In this document: positions 1 through 12,189 of the stretch, one piece after another
Layout of the letters: each line of letters begins with the position of its first letter
Position numbering within the stretch: position 1 is the stretch's first letter
Source: Octopus sinensis
Taxonomy: Eukaryota
Direction of reading: 5' to 3'
DNA: 44,055 nt
Assembly (NCBI RefSeq): GCF_006345805.1
Contig: NW_021835087.1
Span: forward strand, 1 to 44,055
Made by a program: the position numbers and the translations under genes
The notes under the pieces: model-generated
Told to the model about the DNA's origin: nothing
What the model saw: only the letters and a program-made list of their open reading frames with translations
Database searches by the model: none

Positions 1-158
1 TTCTTTCAGTTTCCGTCTACCAAATCCACTCACAAGGCTTTGGTCAGCCCGAGGCTATAGTAGAAGACACTTGCCCAAGGTGCCACGCAGTGGCACTGAA
101 CCCGGAACCATGTGGTTGGTAAGCAAGCTACTTACCACACAGCCACTCCTGTGCCTAT
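1..158 (-). mobile_element. tRNA-derived SINE, family A (CORE-like), 5' half; runs off the window edge
   Basis: Reverse complement has A-box TGGCTGTGTGG, B-box-like GGTTCAGTGCC and CORE-like CCTTGGGCAAGTGTCTT; about 9 homologous copies in the window. Confidence 0.85.
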
Positions 159-637
159 GTTGAAGTTTTGTCTTCATGTAAAAGATGGTCTACAGCAAAT
201 ACTCTGCTCAATTACCACAGATTTGCTTGTCAGTTGTTTGAGCATGTCACTTGGTGGCTGATGATACGTGTAACTTTGATCATGAGCAGAAATAGTGGGG
301 CAGCATCATAGCCATGTGTTGGGAGGAATTCTTTAAAGTTTGAATAATTCCCTCCTAGAAACATGGATTTTTTTGTTCAATATCCTCAAACAACCCTTAT
401 TCAGGGACATTTTGAATGGGATGGGCTAATCAACCCAAAGAAAATTCTAACAGGACCCCACCTGCAAGGCCATGTGCTATTTATCTTGATGTGAGATCAC
501 CATGTTGTGCACATGTGGTTGTGATGCATGTGCCTGGTGGACCCTTATCAGGTGGGTAATCAGGATGAATATACTGGGCTTTGTATTTTTTAACCCAGTG
601 TCACTTTGATGACAAGCACTGTTCTCTTAATAATGAT

Positions 638-868
638 CTGTTTCTTTATTACCCACAAGGGTCTAAACACAGGAGACAAACAAGGACAGAGAAACGAATT
701 AAGTCGATTACATCGACCCCAGTGCGTAACTGGTACTTAATTTAGCGATCCCGAAAGGATGAAAGGCAAAGTTGACCGTGGCGGAATTTGAACTCAGAAC
801 GTAACGGCAGACGAAATACAGCTACGCATTTCGCCCAGCGTGCTAACGGTTCTGCCAGCTCGCCACCT
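638..868 (-). mobile_element. tRNA-derived SINE, family B, full length with TSD
   Basis: Head GGCGAGCTGGCAG...GAGTTCAAATTCC, body CCTTTCATCCTTTCGGG; direct repeat TTCTCTTAATAAT at 622-634 and 869-881; homologous to 15411-15641 and 43107-43334. Confidence 0.85.
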
Positions 869-987
869 TTCTCTTAATAATAATGATAGAGCTAAAAGTG
901 CAGTGAACACATAAATTCAAGAGTAACATGAAGACTAGGGTATTTTATATCTTTTAGAAGAAAATGATACAAATTAACAATCACAGT

Positions 988-1575
988 GACCAGGACCTTT
1001 GGAAATATGCTGTGCTTGAGAAGACTCGGCAAGCCAGCTGAGACCATAACCTCGTGGCCTATGCCAGGGGTGTAACCAGCACACTTATGCGTACCTTTCC
1101 TTCATTGGACACTAAACTCTGCTTGCGAAAACCTGTTGAGGCAAGTGAAATAGAAATCAAAATTAAATTCGATGACTGGCGTCCGTGCTAGAGGAGCGCT
1201 AAGAGCACCATCCGAGCATGATTGTTACCAGCGTTGCCTTACTGCACTTGTGCCAGTGGCACGGGAAAAAACATTCGAGTGAGGTAGTTGTCAGTGCCGC
1301 TGGACTGGTTCCTGTGCAGGTGGCACATAAAAAACATCATTTGAGCATGGCTGTTGTCAGTACCGCCTGACTCACCCTCGTGCCAGTGGCATGTAAAAGA
1401 ACCCACTACACTCTCAGAGTGGTTGGCATTAGGAAGGGCATCCAGCTGTAGAAACACTGCCAAATCAGATTGGAGCCTGGTGCAGCCATCTGGTTTGCCA
1501 GTCCTCAGTCAAATCATCCAACGCATGCCAGCATGGAAAGTGGACATTAAACGATGATGATGATGATGATGATGA
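988..1575 (+). mobile_element. RTE-clade LINE, 5'-truncated: ORF C-terminus, 3' UTR and (GAT)n tail
   Basis: Translates DQDLWKYAVLEKTRQAS* from 988; conserved GGCATTAGGAAGGGCATCCAGC block; ends in (GAT)n; 7 further copies in the window. Confidence 0.8.
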
Positions 1576-1734
1576 CCATCACAAGATGACTGTCCCATAC
1601 CTTATTACTGGTTGAGCACTGATGGTACAGAGTAAAAACAGGAAGATCTAGTCAGAATGCACTTCTGGGTGGATTATGGCACATTCGTGACACCATTCAA
1701 TGTATGATTCTGGTACACCTTACCTTAATGGTAA

Positions 1735-2130
1735 TAACAACAACACCATACGCCACAAAGACAGCAACAACCATAACAGCAACATATGCAGCAATGACAA
1801 TAACAACTAATAAGCAGTAGCAGCAGCAGCAGCAGCAGCAGCACAACAACACAACAACAACAGTATCAATACAATGGCAAGTTAAATAACAGCTAGAGCA
1901 ATATCTCAAGGAAATCCACTGACTGCAACGAAAGAAGCAACAACAACAGTAGTAGTAGTAGTAGTAGGTGGTGGTGGTGGTGGTGGTGGTGGTAGTAGTA
2001 GTGGTGGTAGTGGTGGTGGTGGTAGTAGTAGTGGTAGTAGTGGTAGTGGTGGTGGTGGTGGTAGTGGTAGCAGTGATAATATTTCAACAATAACAAATGA
2101 CAGCAACAATAACAAGAATTGTAATAAAAA
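1735..2130. repeat. Compound trinucleotide microsatellite (AAC/AGC/AGT/GGT)
   Basis: Direct inspection; source of spurious poly-His/Pro/Leu ORFs. Confidence 0.9.
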
Positions 2131-3042
2131 CAACACAAAACAAAAGACATGAGAAGATACATATATAAAGAGATAGACAGATAGATAGATCGATGTGTGC
2201 GTATATATATATATATATATATATATGTACATATATATGTATGTATGTGTTGTGTGTGTGTGAATTCTCTGTCTTGCTTTCACACCAACACACACACCGA
2301 CTTAAAGGTGAAAGAGAGATAGAAAAGAAGAACTCATATCAATAAATAAATAAATAAATAAAGATATAAAACAAAAAACAAGGCAACGAAACATTACTAA
2401 ACAAATACAAAATATAACAAGAAAAATTTGCAGAAAATGAATATAAAACAATACAAAGTAATATAAAATAATAAAAGAAGAAATCAACGTTCTGAGATAT
2501 TTGTTATAAAGTGTAATAAAGCAATATGATATGGATGCTGGCTTATAATGAATGCTTATTTATCACCCACCACCTCGGAAGACAGATAGGGAAGGTTTTG
2601 GCAGTGGAATTGCAGAGAATTGGTAAATTTTTATAGCAAATATCCTGCTTGCTCTTATTGTTTATTCTGCATTAACAAATTTGCTGACATTTGATGGAGG
2701 AATTTGGCCGAAAGTCACCAGAACTTTTGTCAAGATTTACTGGGCTTTCGTGACTGCGTGTTTATGTGAGCACGGATACGTGTGTGTGTGTTTGTATATG
2801 TATGTATTCGAGTATGTGTGCATGTGTATTGTGTGTGTGTGTGTGTGTGTGTGTTCATGTGTGCATGTATGCTTTTGTATGCATGTATCAAGTATGATAC
2901 ATGTGCATGCATGTACTGAGGAAAATGAATATACATATATAAGTGCGGATGTATTTGACATACATACAAGTGTGCATAAATATATACATATATATATATA
3001 CACACACACACATATACATATATGTATGTATATATATATATA

Positions 3043-3111
<69 letters not shown>

Positions 3112-3408
3112 GGTTACACAATGGCCCAGTGGGTTAGGGCAGTGGACTCACGGTTGGATGATCGTGGTTTCAATTCCCAGACCGGGCGTTGTGTGTGTTT
3201 ATTGAGCGAAAACACCTAAAGCTTCACGAGGCTCTGGCAGGGGGTGCTGGCAATCCCTGTTGTACTCTTTCGTCCCAACTTTCTCTCACTATCTCTTACT
3301 GTTTCTTGGGTAATGCTGCAATGGACTGGCATCCCGTCCAGCTGGGGGGAACACATGGGAAACAGTGCCCATGAGCCTGGCTAAGTTTGAAAAGGGCGCA
3401 TAAATAAA
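3112..3408 (+). mobile_element. tRNA-derived SINE, family D, with V-domain-like core
   Basis: A-box TGGCCCAGTGG, B-box GGTTTCAATTCCC; GCAATGGACTGGCATCCCGTCCAG resembles the V-SINE central domain as recalled; A-rich tail. Confidence 0.65.
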
Positions 3409-3435
3409 CATATATATACATATTACATATATATG

Positions 3436-3600
3436 TATAAGCACAGGAGTGGCTGTGAGGTATGTAGCTTGCTTAACAACCACATGGTTCTGGGTTCATG
3501 GTTCTTGTCTTCTACTATAGCCTCGGGCTGACCGAAATCTTGTGATTGGATTTTGTAGATGGAAACTGAAAAAAACCCACCGTATATATATTGAGGGTGG
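3436..3600 (+). mobile_element. SINE family A, internally deleted copy
   Basis: Head GCACAGGAGTGGCTGTG...GGTTCA joined to TCTTCTACTATAGCCTCGGG...GGAAACTGAAA, then TA/TG repeat. Confidence 0.75.
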
Positions 3601-3610
3601 TGTGTGTGTG

Positions 3611-3691
3611 TAGGCACAGGTATGGCTGTGTGGTAAGAAGCTTGTAACTGAACCACATGTTTCTGGGTTCAGTCCTACAGTGTGGCACCTT
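3611..3691 (+). mobile_element. SINE family A, head-only fragment
   Basis: TAGGCACAGGTATGGCTGTGTGGTAAG...GGGTTCAGTCC...GGCACCTT. Confidence 0.7.
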
Positions 3692-4186
3692 CATATAGTC
3701 TTTCCCATGCTCAAAAAGCTTCTCCAAAGCAGATGGCTGCTGTTACCAGGTAATGTAATCAATTAATAGCCAGAGATAGAACAGGCTGAAAGAAAAATTT
3801 AAGAGTTCAGATTATACATAGCAGTTGGAAACTTTTAGTTATCCTTGAGTATTACAATGTAGCAAGAGCCTGTGGAAATGATAAAATTCACCTAGCTTAT
3901 TTTAGAAATTGGTTGGTGATACTAAGAAAATATAGCTAAAGAAATCAAGTTCGAACTGGAATACATGTTTGACTCCACAGGACATACTGTAGAGTAGCCA
4001 TTATTGAGGGCTTTAACTTCAGATTGGGACTAATAATGTCTATTGTCCAGCACATGTCAGCTTGGAGAAATGGGTGCAAGAAGCGATGATGAGGTTGATG
4101 ATTGTGATGATTATACATATTAAGATGAGCATAGTCTTATTATATATGCCTGCATGTGTGTGTGTATATATATATGTATTTATTAT

Positions 4187-4267
<81 letters not shown>

Positions 4268-4299
4268 CATACATATGTATATATACACATACATGCATG

Positions 4300-4330
<31 letters not shown>

Positions 4331-4683
4331 TATATATATATACACACAATATATATATGTATACACATAATATATATACACACACACACACATATATATA
4401 TATTATATATACATAATATGAGGGAATATTATTCCAAACTTACAAGAAAAAATTCAATTTAGAAATACTAATCAAATTTCACAAATATAATATATATAAT
4501 ATAATATAAAATTAGAAAAAAAAACACCCTTTATCAATCAATAATGAAAAATTAAATTATACCATTTAGAAATATTACATATAATAGAAAGGTTAAATAT
4601 AAGGTAAAATATATAACAATGGTAAAGTAATATGCAAAATAGTAAATAATATATATATATATATGTACATCATCTTTTATCTT

Positions 4684-4889
4684 CATTCTTTTATCTGTTT
4701 CCGTAATTAGACAGTGGCCATGCTGGGGCACCACCTTTAATTTTTAGTCTGATTAATTGACCCCAGTATTTTGTAAGCCCAGTATTTATTCTATTGATCT
4801 TTCTTAGCAAACCGCTAAATTACAGGTATGTAAATACACCAAGACCTGTTGTCAAGTGGTGATGGCATGGACAGACAGACAGACAGACA

Positions 4890-4944
<55 letters not shown>

Positions 4945-4951
4945 CATCTGT

Positions 4952-4986
<35 letters not shown>

Positions 4987-5143
4987 ATGGGCTTCTTTCA
5001 GTTTCCATCTACCAAATCCATTAACAAGGGTTAGATCAGCTGAAGCTATAGTAGAAGACACTTGCCCAAGGTGCCATGCAATGGGACTGAACCCGGAACC
5101 ACATGGTTGGGAAGCAAGCTTCTTATTACACAGTCACTCCTGT
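4684..5143 (-). mobile_element. SINE family A, near full length with internal (TA)n/(TG)n/(TGTC)n
   Basis: Colinear with the reverse complement of 38289-38724. Confidence 0.8.
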
Positions 5144-6301
5144 GTATATATATATATATATATATATACATATATGCACACATATATATGAATATATGAT
5201 TTGAATATATACATATACATATATATATATGAAAACAAATAAATATGTACACTCACAGATAAATAGTTGTATATATATGTTTTTGTGACATGTATATTCG
5301 TGTGAATGTGTGTATGATTTTGTGTCTATGTGTATGTGTACATGCATTAGGTGGTGGGTCTGTGTTTGTAATAAATGTCCAATGTATGTGGTGGATCTTC
5401 TTCTCTCTTCTCACACTCCTCCCACAAACTATTCGTTCCGTACAAGGAATGGTGGGGGGGGCCTATGTTGTCATTAAGCACATACCCTTAGGAGCTAAAG
5501 TTAAAGAATTCCCTAATATAATAATAGCAAATCAGCAACAATCACAACTTGAGCAATAAAAATAACTGTGACTATGTCAAAATTTATGGTGGTGGTGGTG
5601 GTGGTGTTGGTGGTGGTCGTGGTGATTGTAGTGGTGGTGGTGGTGGTGGTGGTGTTGGTGCTGATGGTGGTGGTGGTGGTGATGGTGGTGGTGATTGTAG
5701 TGGTGGTGTGGTGGTGTTGGTGGTGATGGTGGTGATGGTGGTGGTGGTGGTGGTGGTTGTTGTTTGTTGTGTGGTGGTGGTGGTGGTGATGGTGGTGGTG
5801 GTGTTGGTGTAGGTGGTGGTAGTGGTGGTGGCGACGACGTCAATGGTAATGAGGAAGAAGAGGAAAAACGATGATGACAACAATAGCAGCAAAGACAGAT
5901 GAAGATGGACATCATCATCATCTTCGTGAGCACTGGTTTGTTAATGTTTAGTAGAAGACCTAATCAGCTGTGGGGTTGGGTACTCTCAAAGAATATTTGG
6001 TTGGAAAAAGCAGCCACTCCATCTTAACAACTAAGATCTTCTTCTTCAGGATGAAGGGCAAAATAAACTTCGTATACTGGTAGAATGTGTTTATAAAACA
6101 TCTTTTTCTCTTGGCTTTATTGAGAAAATTCTATTGTTTGTAAGATATTTGTTGTTTTTTTTCTTCAATTTCTGCAATTTCAACCAATCAATGACATCTA
6201 TTGAGGTGAAAACATTCTGTGCTGTATGAATATGTCCCTCGTTTAAGAAACAGATTCGGTTTATTTACATTTCTGAAGAAAAAAAGATACCCTTCCCCCA
6301 C

Positions 6302-6359
6302 CCCTAACCCTAACCCTAATCCTAACCCTAACTAACCCTAACTCTAACCCTAACCCTAA
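6302..6359 (-). repeat. Interstitial telomere-like (TTAGGG)n, about 10 partly degenerate units
   Basis: CCCTAA units on the plus strand with TCCTAA, CTAA and CTCTAA variants. Confidence 0.9.
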
Positions 6360-7229
6360 ACCAGATTGAAATGCAATAGATCGATACGAGGGTCATAATT
6401 ATGGGTGACAATTTCATATGACACCGCTAGAAAAAACTGCCGGCAAACCGAAAAGATCCAAGCATTGTTCTCACAATCACAAACCAGACACAAAGCCTGT
6501 TGGTGTTTTGTAACAAGTTCATAGTATTCCTAACTCACTTGCATTATAGAAAAGTCAGTCAAGATCTGTTGGAAGGTATAAACGAATAATTCAGATGTAA
6601 AAATTGATTACAATAATATCATGCTTTGGTAGACATTTGTTGCTATTTTAGAGAAAGTATTGTTACTGGGGCGGGGGTAAGGAATCTCCTTCATTTGGCT
6701 TTTGAAAGTTTAAATGAAACCAGGGGGTTATCCTTGTCATGAGGTTCCATGTAAGCCATCCTGCAATATTGAAGAACTTCACCAGAAAGTAGCAACTAAT
6801 TGCTACCAAACCAAAAAATAAAATACTCAACAATCATCAAATGCTGAGTTTCAGAAAGATGGACAATTTTTAATACTCCTCAAAGAACTAGGAATATATT
6901 CCTCAATAACCAGTTTTTCACAACTATTCATCCACCGCCCACCCTGGTAAATTGCAGTTTCCATTTCAATAGTTGCTGTAATGTATCTACCTGCAAGCAT
7001 GGCATTCCATGTTTCATTGAAGCACTCTCTTAACTTGGTTATAAGTGAACATACTTTTGATATCAGAAAACTAGGACAGCCAAGAGTCTAAGAAATTACA
7101 GAACTTCCTAAAGTGGTAATACAAATTCTGGATAGGACATGATAAGGTTACTGTCGGGGAGAAGCCATTTATATAGAGATTGAATATATTAGCAATTTGC
7201 AAACTCTTTCCTGCAACTCATCATTATTC

Positions 7230-7371
7230 TCATCATCATTTAAAGTCCACTTTCCATGAGTTGGACGAATAACTGAGGGCTGGTGAACCAGATGGCTGCA
7301 CCAGGCTTCAATCTTGATCTGGCAGAGTTTCTACAACTGGATGCCCTTCCTAATGCCAACCACTCTGAGAG
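7230..7371 (-). mobile_element. RTE LINE 3' end fragment
   Basis: Reverse complement of the GGCATTAGGAAGGGCATCCAG...AAATGATGATG terminus. Confidence 0.8.
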
Positions 7372-8459
7372 GTTGTAAAAATGTCCAACCAGCCGCACAT
7401 TTAAGAAGTGATGTGGGATAACGACATCATCAATAATTTGTTTAAATGAAATGGTCTTATTTACAGTAGCTACCGCATAAGAACCACTGCTACAAGACAG
7501 CTGAGACAGTTCCTGATAGAAATGAAATAGTCAATAACAGTTTCTAAATTTGCCAAAACCTCCAGGTGACCCACGGTATTATCTAAATCTTAAAAGAGTA
7601 TTCCTCCATCATACTTCTGCATAATTTTGATCCAGTATGCTTGTAAAAGGCAATTAAACTGGCTGTTAAAACTCTTATATTTCATATGATTGAGGTTACT
7701 GCACTTTCTGGATGTGGCATAAAAGACGTTTAACAAAATGATTAATTTAACAAATATGAACGAATCTGATTGAAAATAAGAGTAACTTGTTTGTTTTATT
7801 GTTAATAGTCGGAAGTGGAACACATCTGCTCCAAGAAAACAAAATAATGAAATGAAGATGGAAAAAAAAACGAAATTAATGTTGTAACCTGATTCTGTAA
7901 TAGAATGTTGTGCTCAACTTAGTAATTTCATTGGACAGATTGTACGATTGATTGCATATGAAAGATATGTATATATGTATATATATATGAAGAGAGATAA
8001 AGGTGGCATGAGTGAATAAGTATGAGTGTTCCCTGCCATGGTTGATTTATTAGCAATTTGCAAACTATTTCTTGCAGTTAGTAACAGTTTGGTCATTAGT
8101 TGTTTCAGAATGTTCATGCTAACCAATCAAGTTGTTGAAAGCAACTGACACTGAACTTAACATATGAGGCTTTTCTCTCCTTCCTGTATCTGCCTGTCCT
8201 GCTGTCTCTGACATCTGCTTTCTACCTTTTTTATAAGCTACATTTTGCTTAATTAAAGCTTGACTTATTTTCAATCAATAGTTTTGGGATTCATCAGAAA
8301 TTTTGCTGACACCAATCAAAGAATCTGGTGTGTAGTTGTTGAGTGTCATTGGTCAGGTTTTTTTTTTCATGAGGTCAGCACTCAATATGAAAGACCCTGC
8401 AACAGTGTTTATTAAAACAATTCTAATTTTAAAAAGAATCCAGCTTCAAATTGAGGTAA

Positions 8460-8900
8460 TCATTGCCTTGACCATGACAGAAAAGGTTGTCATAACAACG
8501 CCTGCGTGGAGGCCTATGCAAAGTTGCAGAAAGTGTATGGTGAGGTGCGTATGAGTCACACACAAATGTACAAGTGGTTCAGACATTTCCAAGATGGCCA
8601 AAAAAATGTCAATAGTTACGAAGGTTCTGGGAGACCCGCAACCAGCAAAACAGAGAATAATATTACAGATGTACATGCAACTGTGAGAGGAAATCGTTGA
8701 ATCACCATCCATGAGTTATCAGAGGATGTGCAGATTAGTTACAGTTCAGTTCAGTCCATTATCATTGAAGATTTGAGTATGAGACGCGTGTCTGCCAACT
8801 TTGTGACAAAACTGCTATCAGCTGACTAAAAAGACATTTGGGTGTCAGTTGCACAAGATTTCCTTGGTTGTATTGAGAACAATGAAAACTTTTTGAAAGT
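8460..8900 (+). mobile_element. Mariner transposase pseudogene, N-terminal HTH region
   Basis: EAYAKLQKVYGEVRMSHTQMYKWFRHFQDG...SGRP...R*ITIHEL...RRVSANFVTKLLS; in-frame stops; ends before the first catalytic Asp. Confidence 0.85.
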
Positions 8901-9070
8901 TTTGTGGAGACCTCTGAGCAGGAATCGCTAGGCTTTTGGCAAAATTTCATGCAGAATCTCTGCTCAACGTTCTCTGTTATGGTCAATGCGACGATCACAC
9001 GCTACACACCTTCCTTCCAATCACTGCTGTAATCAGTGAAAGCGAGCTAGAATGTTAAAACTTAGTGCAT
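8885..9070 (-). mobile_element. Second mariner 5' fragment in opposite orientation
   Basis: Minus-strand TENVEQRFCMKFCQKPSDSCSEVSTKL matches the mariner N-terminal EQRxxIKFCxKLG pattern. Confidence 0.7.
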
Positions 9071-9184
9071 ATGCACAGCAGAGTCCAAGGTCAATCTGTA
9101 TCAAGTGGCTTTACTATGTGTGCTTTAGCTTTGTTACTAGGGCAACAGTCTGGATATTTATTGATCAGACCATGTCCATATGTG

Positions 9185-9482
9185 ATGGATTCTCCCATCG
9201 ACGATGATGCATTAGTGTTCAGCTTTTGCCAAACGGCCTGCACAAATGATTTGTTTATAGCGATTAAATGTTCATGCTGCACACTAACTCACTCTCTCCA
9301 TCAAATCAACATTATGTGAACAGGTATACGATGTACCACGTGTCAGGTGTTGAAGTAATCACAGAACAATGTGAAGTGAAGTGTCTTGTTCAAGAACACA
9401 GTGCACCACATGGTCTAGGAATTGAAATCACAATCACAAGGTCGTGAGTGCAAAACCCCATCTACTAAGCCATGCACTGCCA
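9185..9482 (-). mobile_element. tRNA-derived SINE, family C-like (CORE-type)
   Basis: Minus strand: TGGCTTAGT A-box, ATTTCAATTCC B-box, TGTGTTCTTGAACAAGACACTT core; 3' limit uncertain. Confidence 0.6.
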
Positions 9483-9715
9483 CATGTGTGTATATGTGTG
9501 TGTGTGTGTGCATGTACTTCCGTATATATGCATGTATATATGACTGTATATATATATGTATATATATTATAATATATATATACAACCATACATATTTATG
9601 TAAATGTCTGTATGTACGTGTATATTTGTGTGTACCTGTGTGTGAGCTTATCTATCTAAACTTGCATGTATATATATATATATATCTATATATATATATA
9701 TAATATATATACATA

Positions 9716-9753
<38 letters not shown>

Positions 9754-9775
9754 GATATATATATATATATATATC

Positions 9776-9808
<33 letters not shown>

Positions 9809-9900
9809 TATATATATGTATATGTATATATATATATGTAGGTATATATATATATATATATGTATATTATATATATATATATCTATATATATATATATAA

Positions 9901-9933
<33 letters not shown>

Positions 9934-10137
9934 GTATATATGCATATATATGTATATATATATACATATATATATGTATATATATGTATATATATGTATA
10001 TATATATGCATATATATGTATATATATATGTATATATATGTATATATATTTGTAAGCATAACCCTTCAGTCTTATGTGAAATTGTTTCTATTATCAACTG
10101 ACATGAAAATAAACATTAATATGTTTATATATAGGCT

Positions 10138-10195
<58 letters not shown>
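9483..10195. repeat. (TA)n/(TG)n microsatellite field
   Basis: Direct inspection. Confidence 0.95.
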
Positions 10196-10196
<1 letters not shown>

Positions 10197-11015
10197 ATTT
10201 GATACAAAAACACATTTAAATACTTTCTCCTTCTCATCTCCTGCATTGGAATATAAAAAAATATTCTTCAAGTGTTCGCTTCCTTCTTTTCCTTCCTTTA
10301 TCTATTTACTTATTTATTTATTTATCAATATTTTTTTAATGTTACTGGTCTAGTTTACTTTGTTATTTTTCAAGTTGTCTTCTGTGATTCAGAAACATAT
10401 ACATGTATACACATCCAGACATATGCATTCATATATAATGTATGTGTGTATGTGTGTATGCATGTATGTGTGTATATTTCTAATTCTCTAATCTTGAATT
10501 GTATTTCCTCATCTTTTCAGAAGATGTGAGCTGTGCTAAAATGACTTCTGGATAAGAACGTTGAAAAAAAAAAAAGAAAAAAAAGACGAAATTGAAGAAA
10601 AACATATTTAAAAAAAAAAATTGTAAACTGTATGAAAAAGCAAAAATTGTGAAAAAGATGGTAACTTTAAAGTTCATTTCCATAATAGAACCGGACAAGC
10701 AATCACAGGTGGCCGGATTATAAGAAGAAATAGAAATAACTGAGAAAGAAAAATAGACAAAAACATCATTAATAGATAGTGGGAGGCAGTCCGACCAAAA
10801 TGAAATATCTATATATATGTAAAAGCATATATATATATATATTTTATATATATATATATAATATATATGTGTGTGTGTGTGTGTATGTTTTATGTATACA
10901 TACATGTATATGTGTGTGTGTATGTTTTATGTATACATACATGTATATGTGTGTGTGTGTGTGTGAATGTATGTATGCATACATATATATATATATATGT
11001 ATGCATACATAATAC

Positions 11016-11046
<31 letters not shown>

Positions 11047-11175
11047 CCTTCCCACACGCCACACAAGTTATGCCTTAATATATTTGGTTATATATATATC
11101 AGTATTTATATATATTATATTTACATATATATATGTGCATATATATATATATGTGTGTGTATGTGTGAATATATG

Positions 11176-11261
<86 letters not shown>

Positions 11262-11589
11262 CAGATATATATATATATATATATGTATAAAACATACACA
11301 ATATATGTGTATGTGTAGATACACTCATACGCACATATACCCACACATACATAAATAAACATACACACGAGTACATGTAAAGATGAAGAGAAGAGCTATG
11401 CAAAAAACAAAATGGAAAAAAAACATCCTGCATAAAGCCAAAAAACATCAAAAACAGGACAGACAAACAGAACGTGGAGATAGAATATACAAGAGAATCA
11501 GCAGAAAGCTTAAAATAGACAAAGAATAAACGGAATTTTGCACCTGAGTGAAGATGGCTTGGTAAAGAGTTTGAGAAGATATGTTGTCC

Positions 11590-12131
11590 ATCACCAACAC
11601 CACCACCACCACCACCAGCAAACCATCACCACCACCACTACCACCACCAACAACAACAACAACAACACCACCACCACCAGCAAACCATCAACACCACCAC
11701 CACCACCACCAACAACAACAACAAACAACACCACCACCACCACCACCACCAAAACTACCACCACCAACAACAACAACAACAACACACCAAAACCATCACC
11801 ACCACCACCACCACCACCACCACCACAACAACAACAACACAACAACAACAACACCACCACCACCACCACAACCAACAACAACAACACCACCACCACCAAC
11901 AACAACAACAACAACAACACACCACCACCACCACAACAACAACAACACCAAAACCATCACCACCACCAACAACAACAACACCAATACCACCAAAAACACC
12001 ACCACCACCACCAACAACAACAACACAACAACAACAACACACCACCACCACCATCACCACCATCACAACCACACCACCACCAACAACAACAACACCACCA
12101 CCAGGAACACCACCATCACCACCACCACCAC
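11590..12131. repeat. (ACC/AAC)n compound microsatellite, copy 1
   Basis: Direct inspection; yields poly-Thr/Pro/His/Gln ORFs judged spurious. Confidence 0.9.
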
Positions 12132-12170
12132 TGTTCTTTCTCGAAGTCAGTTTATTCATGACATGCTTAC

Positions 12171-12189
12171 TGGAAGACGGGGTCTGGTT
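12171..12189 (-). CDS. Candidate 19-nt microexon (possible reading EPDPVF)
   Basis: C-rich tract...GCCATCGATAG|AACCAGACCCCGTCTTCCA|GTAAGC; identical copy at 14413-14431; no homology support. Confidence 0.2.

Noticed and set aside
160-635. Probable LINE 3' UTR remnant ending in AAT repeats
   Set aside because: Single copy in the window with no translatable motif; it cannot be supported without a repeat library.
1630-1660. Matches to miRNA 5' ends (miR-279-like TGACTAGATC here; miR-12-like TGAGTATTACA near 3847)
   Set aside because: No complementary arm for a precursor hairpin, and the 3' halves do not match.
6855-7090. Stop-free minus-strand frame of about 78 codons
   Set aside because: No recognisable motif and no convincing splice-site pair.
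10490-10535. Plus-strand 5-nt microexon pattern CTAAT...TTTTCAG|AAGAT|GTGAGC, duplicated at about 12732
   Set aside because: Opposite to the inferred gene orientation, not frame-preserving, and such short motifs arise by chance.
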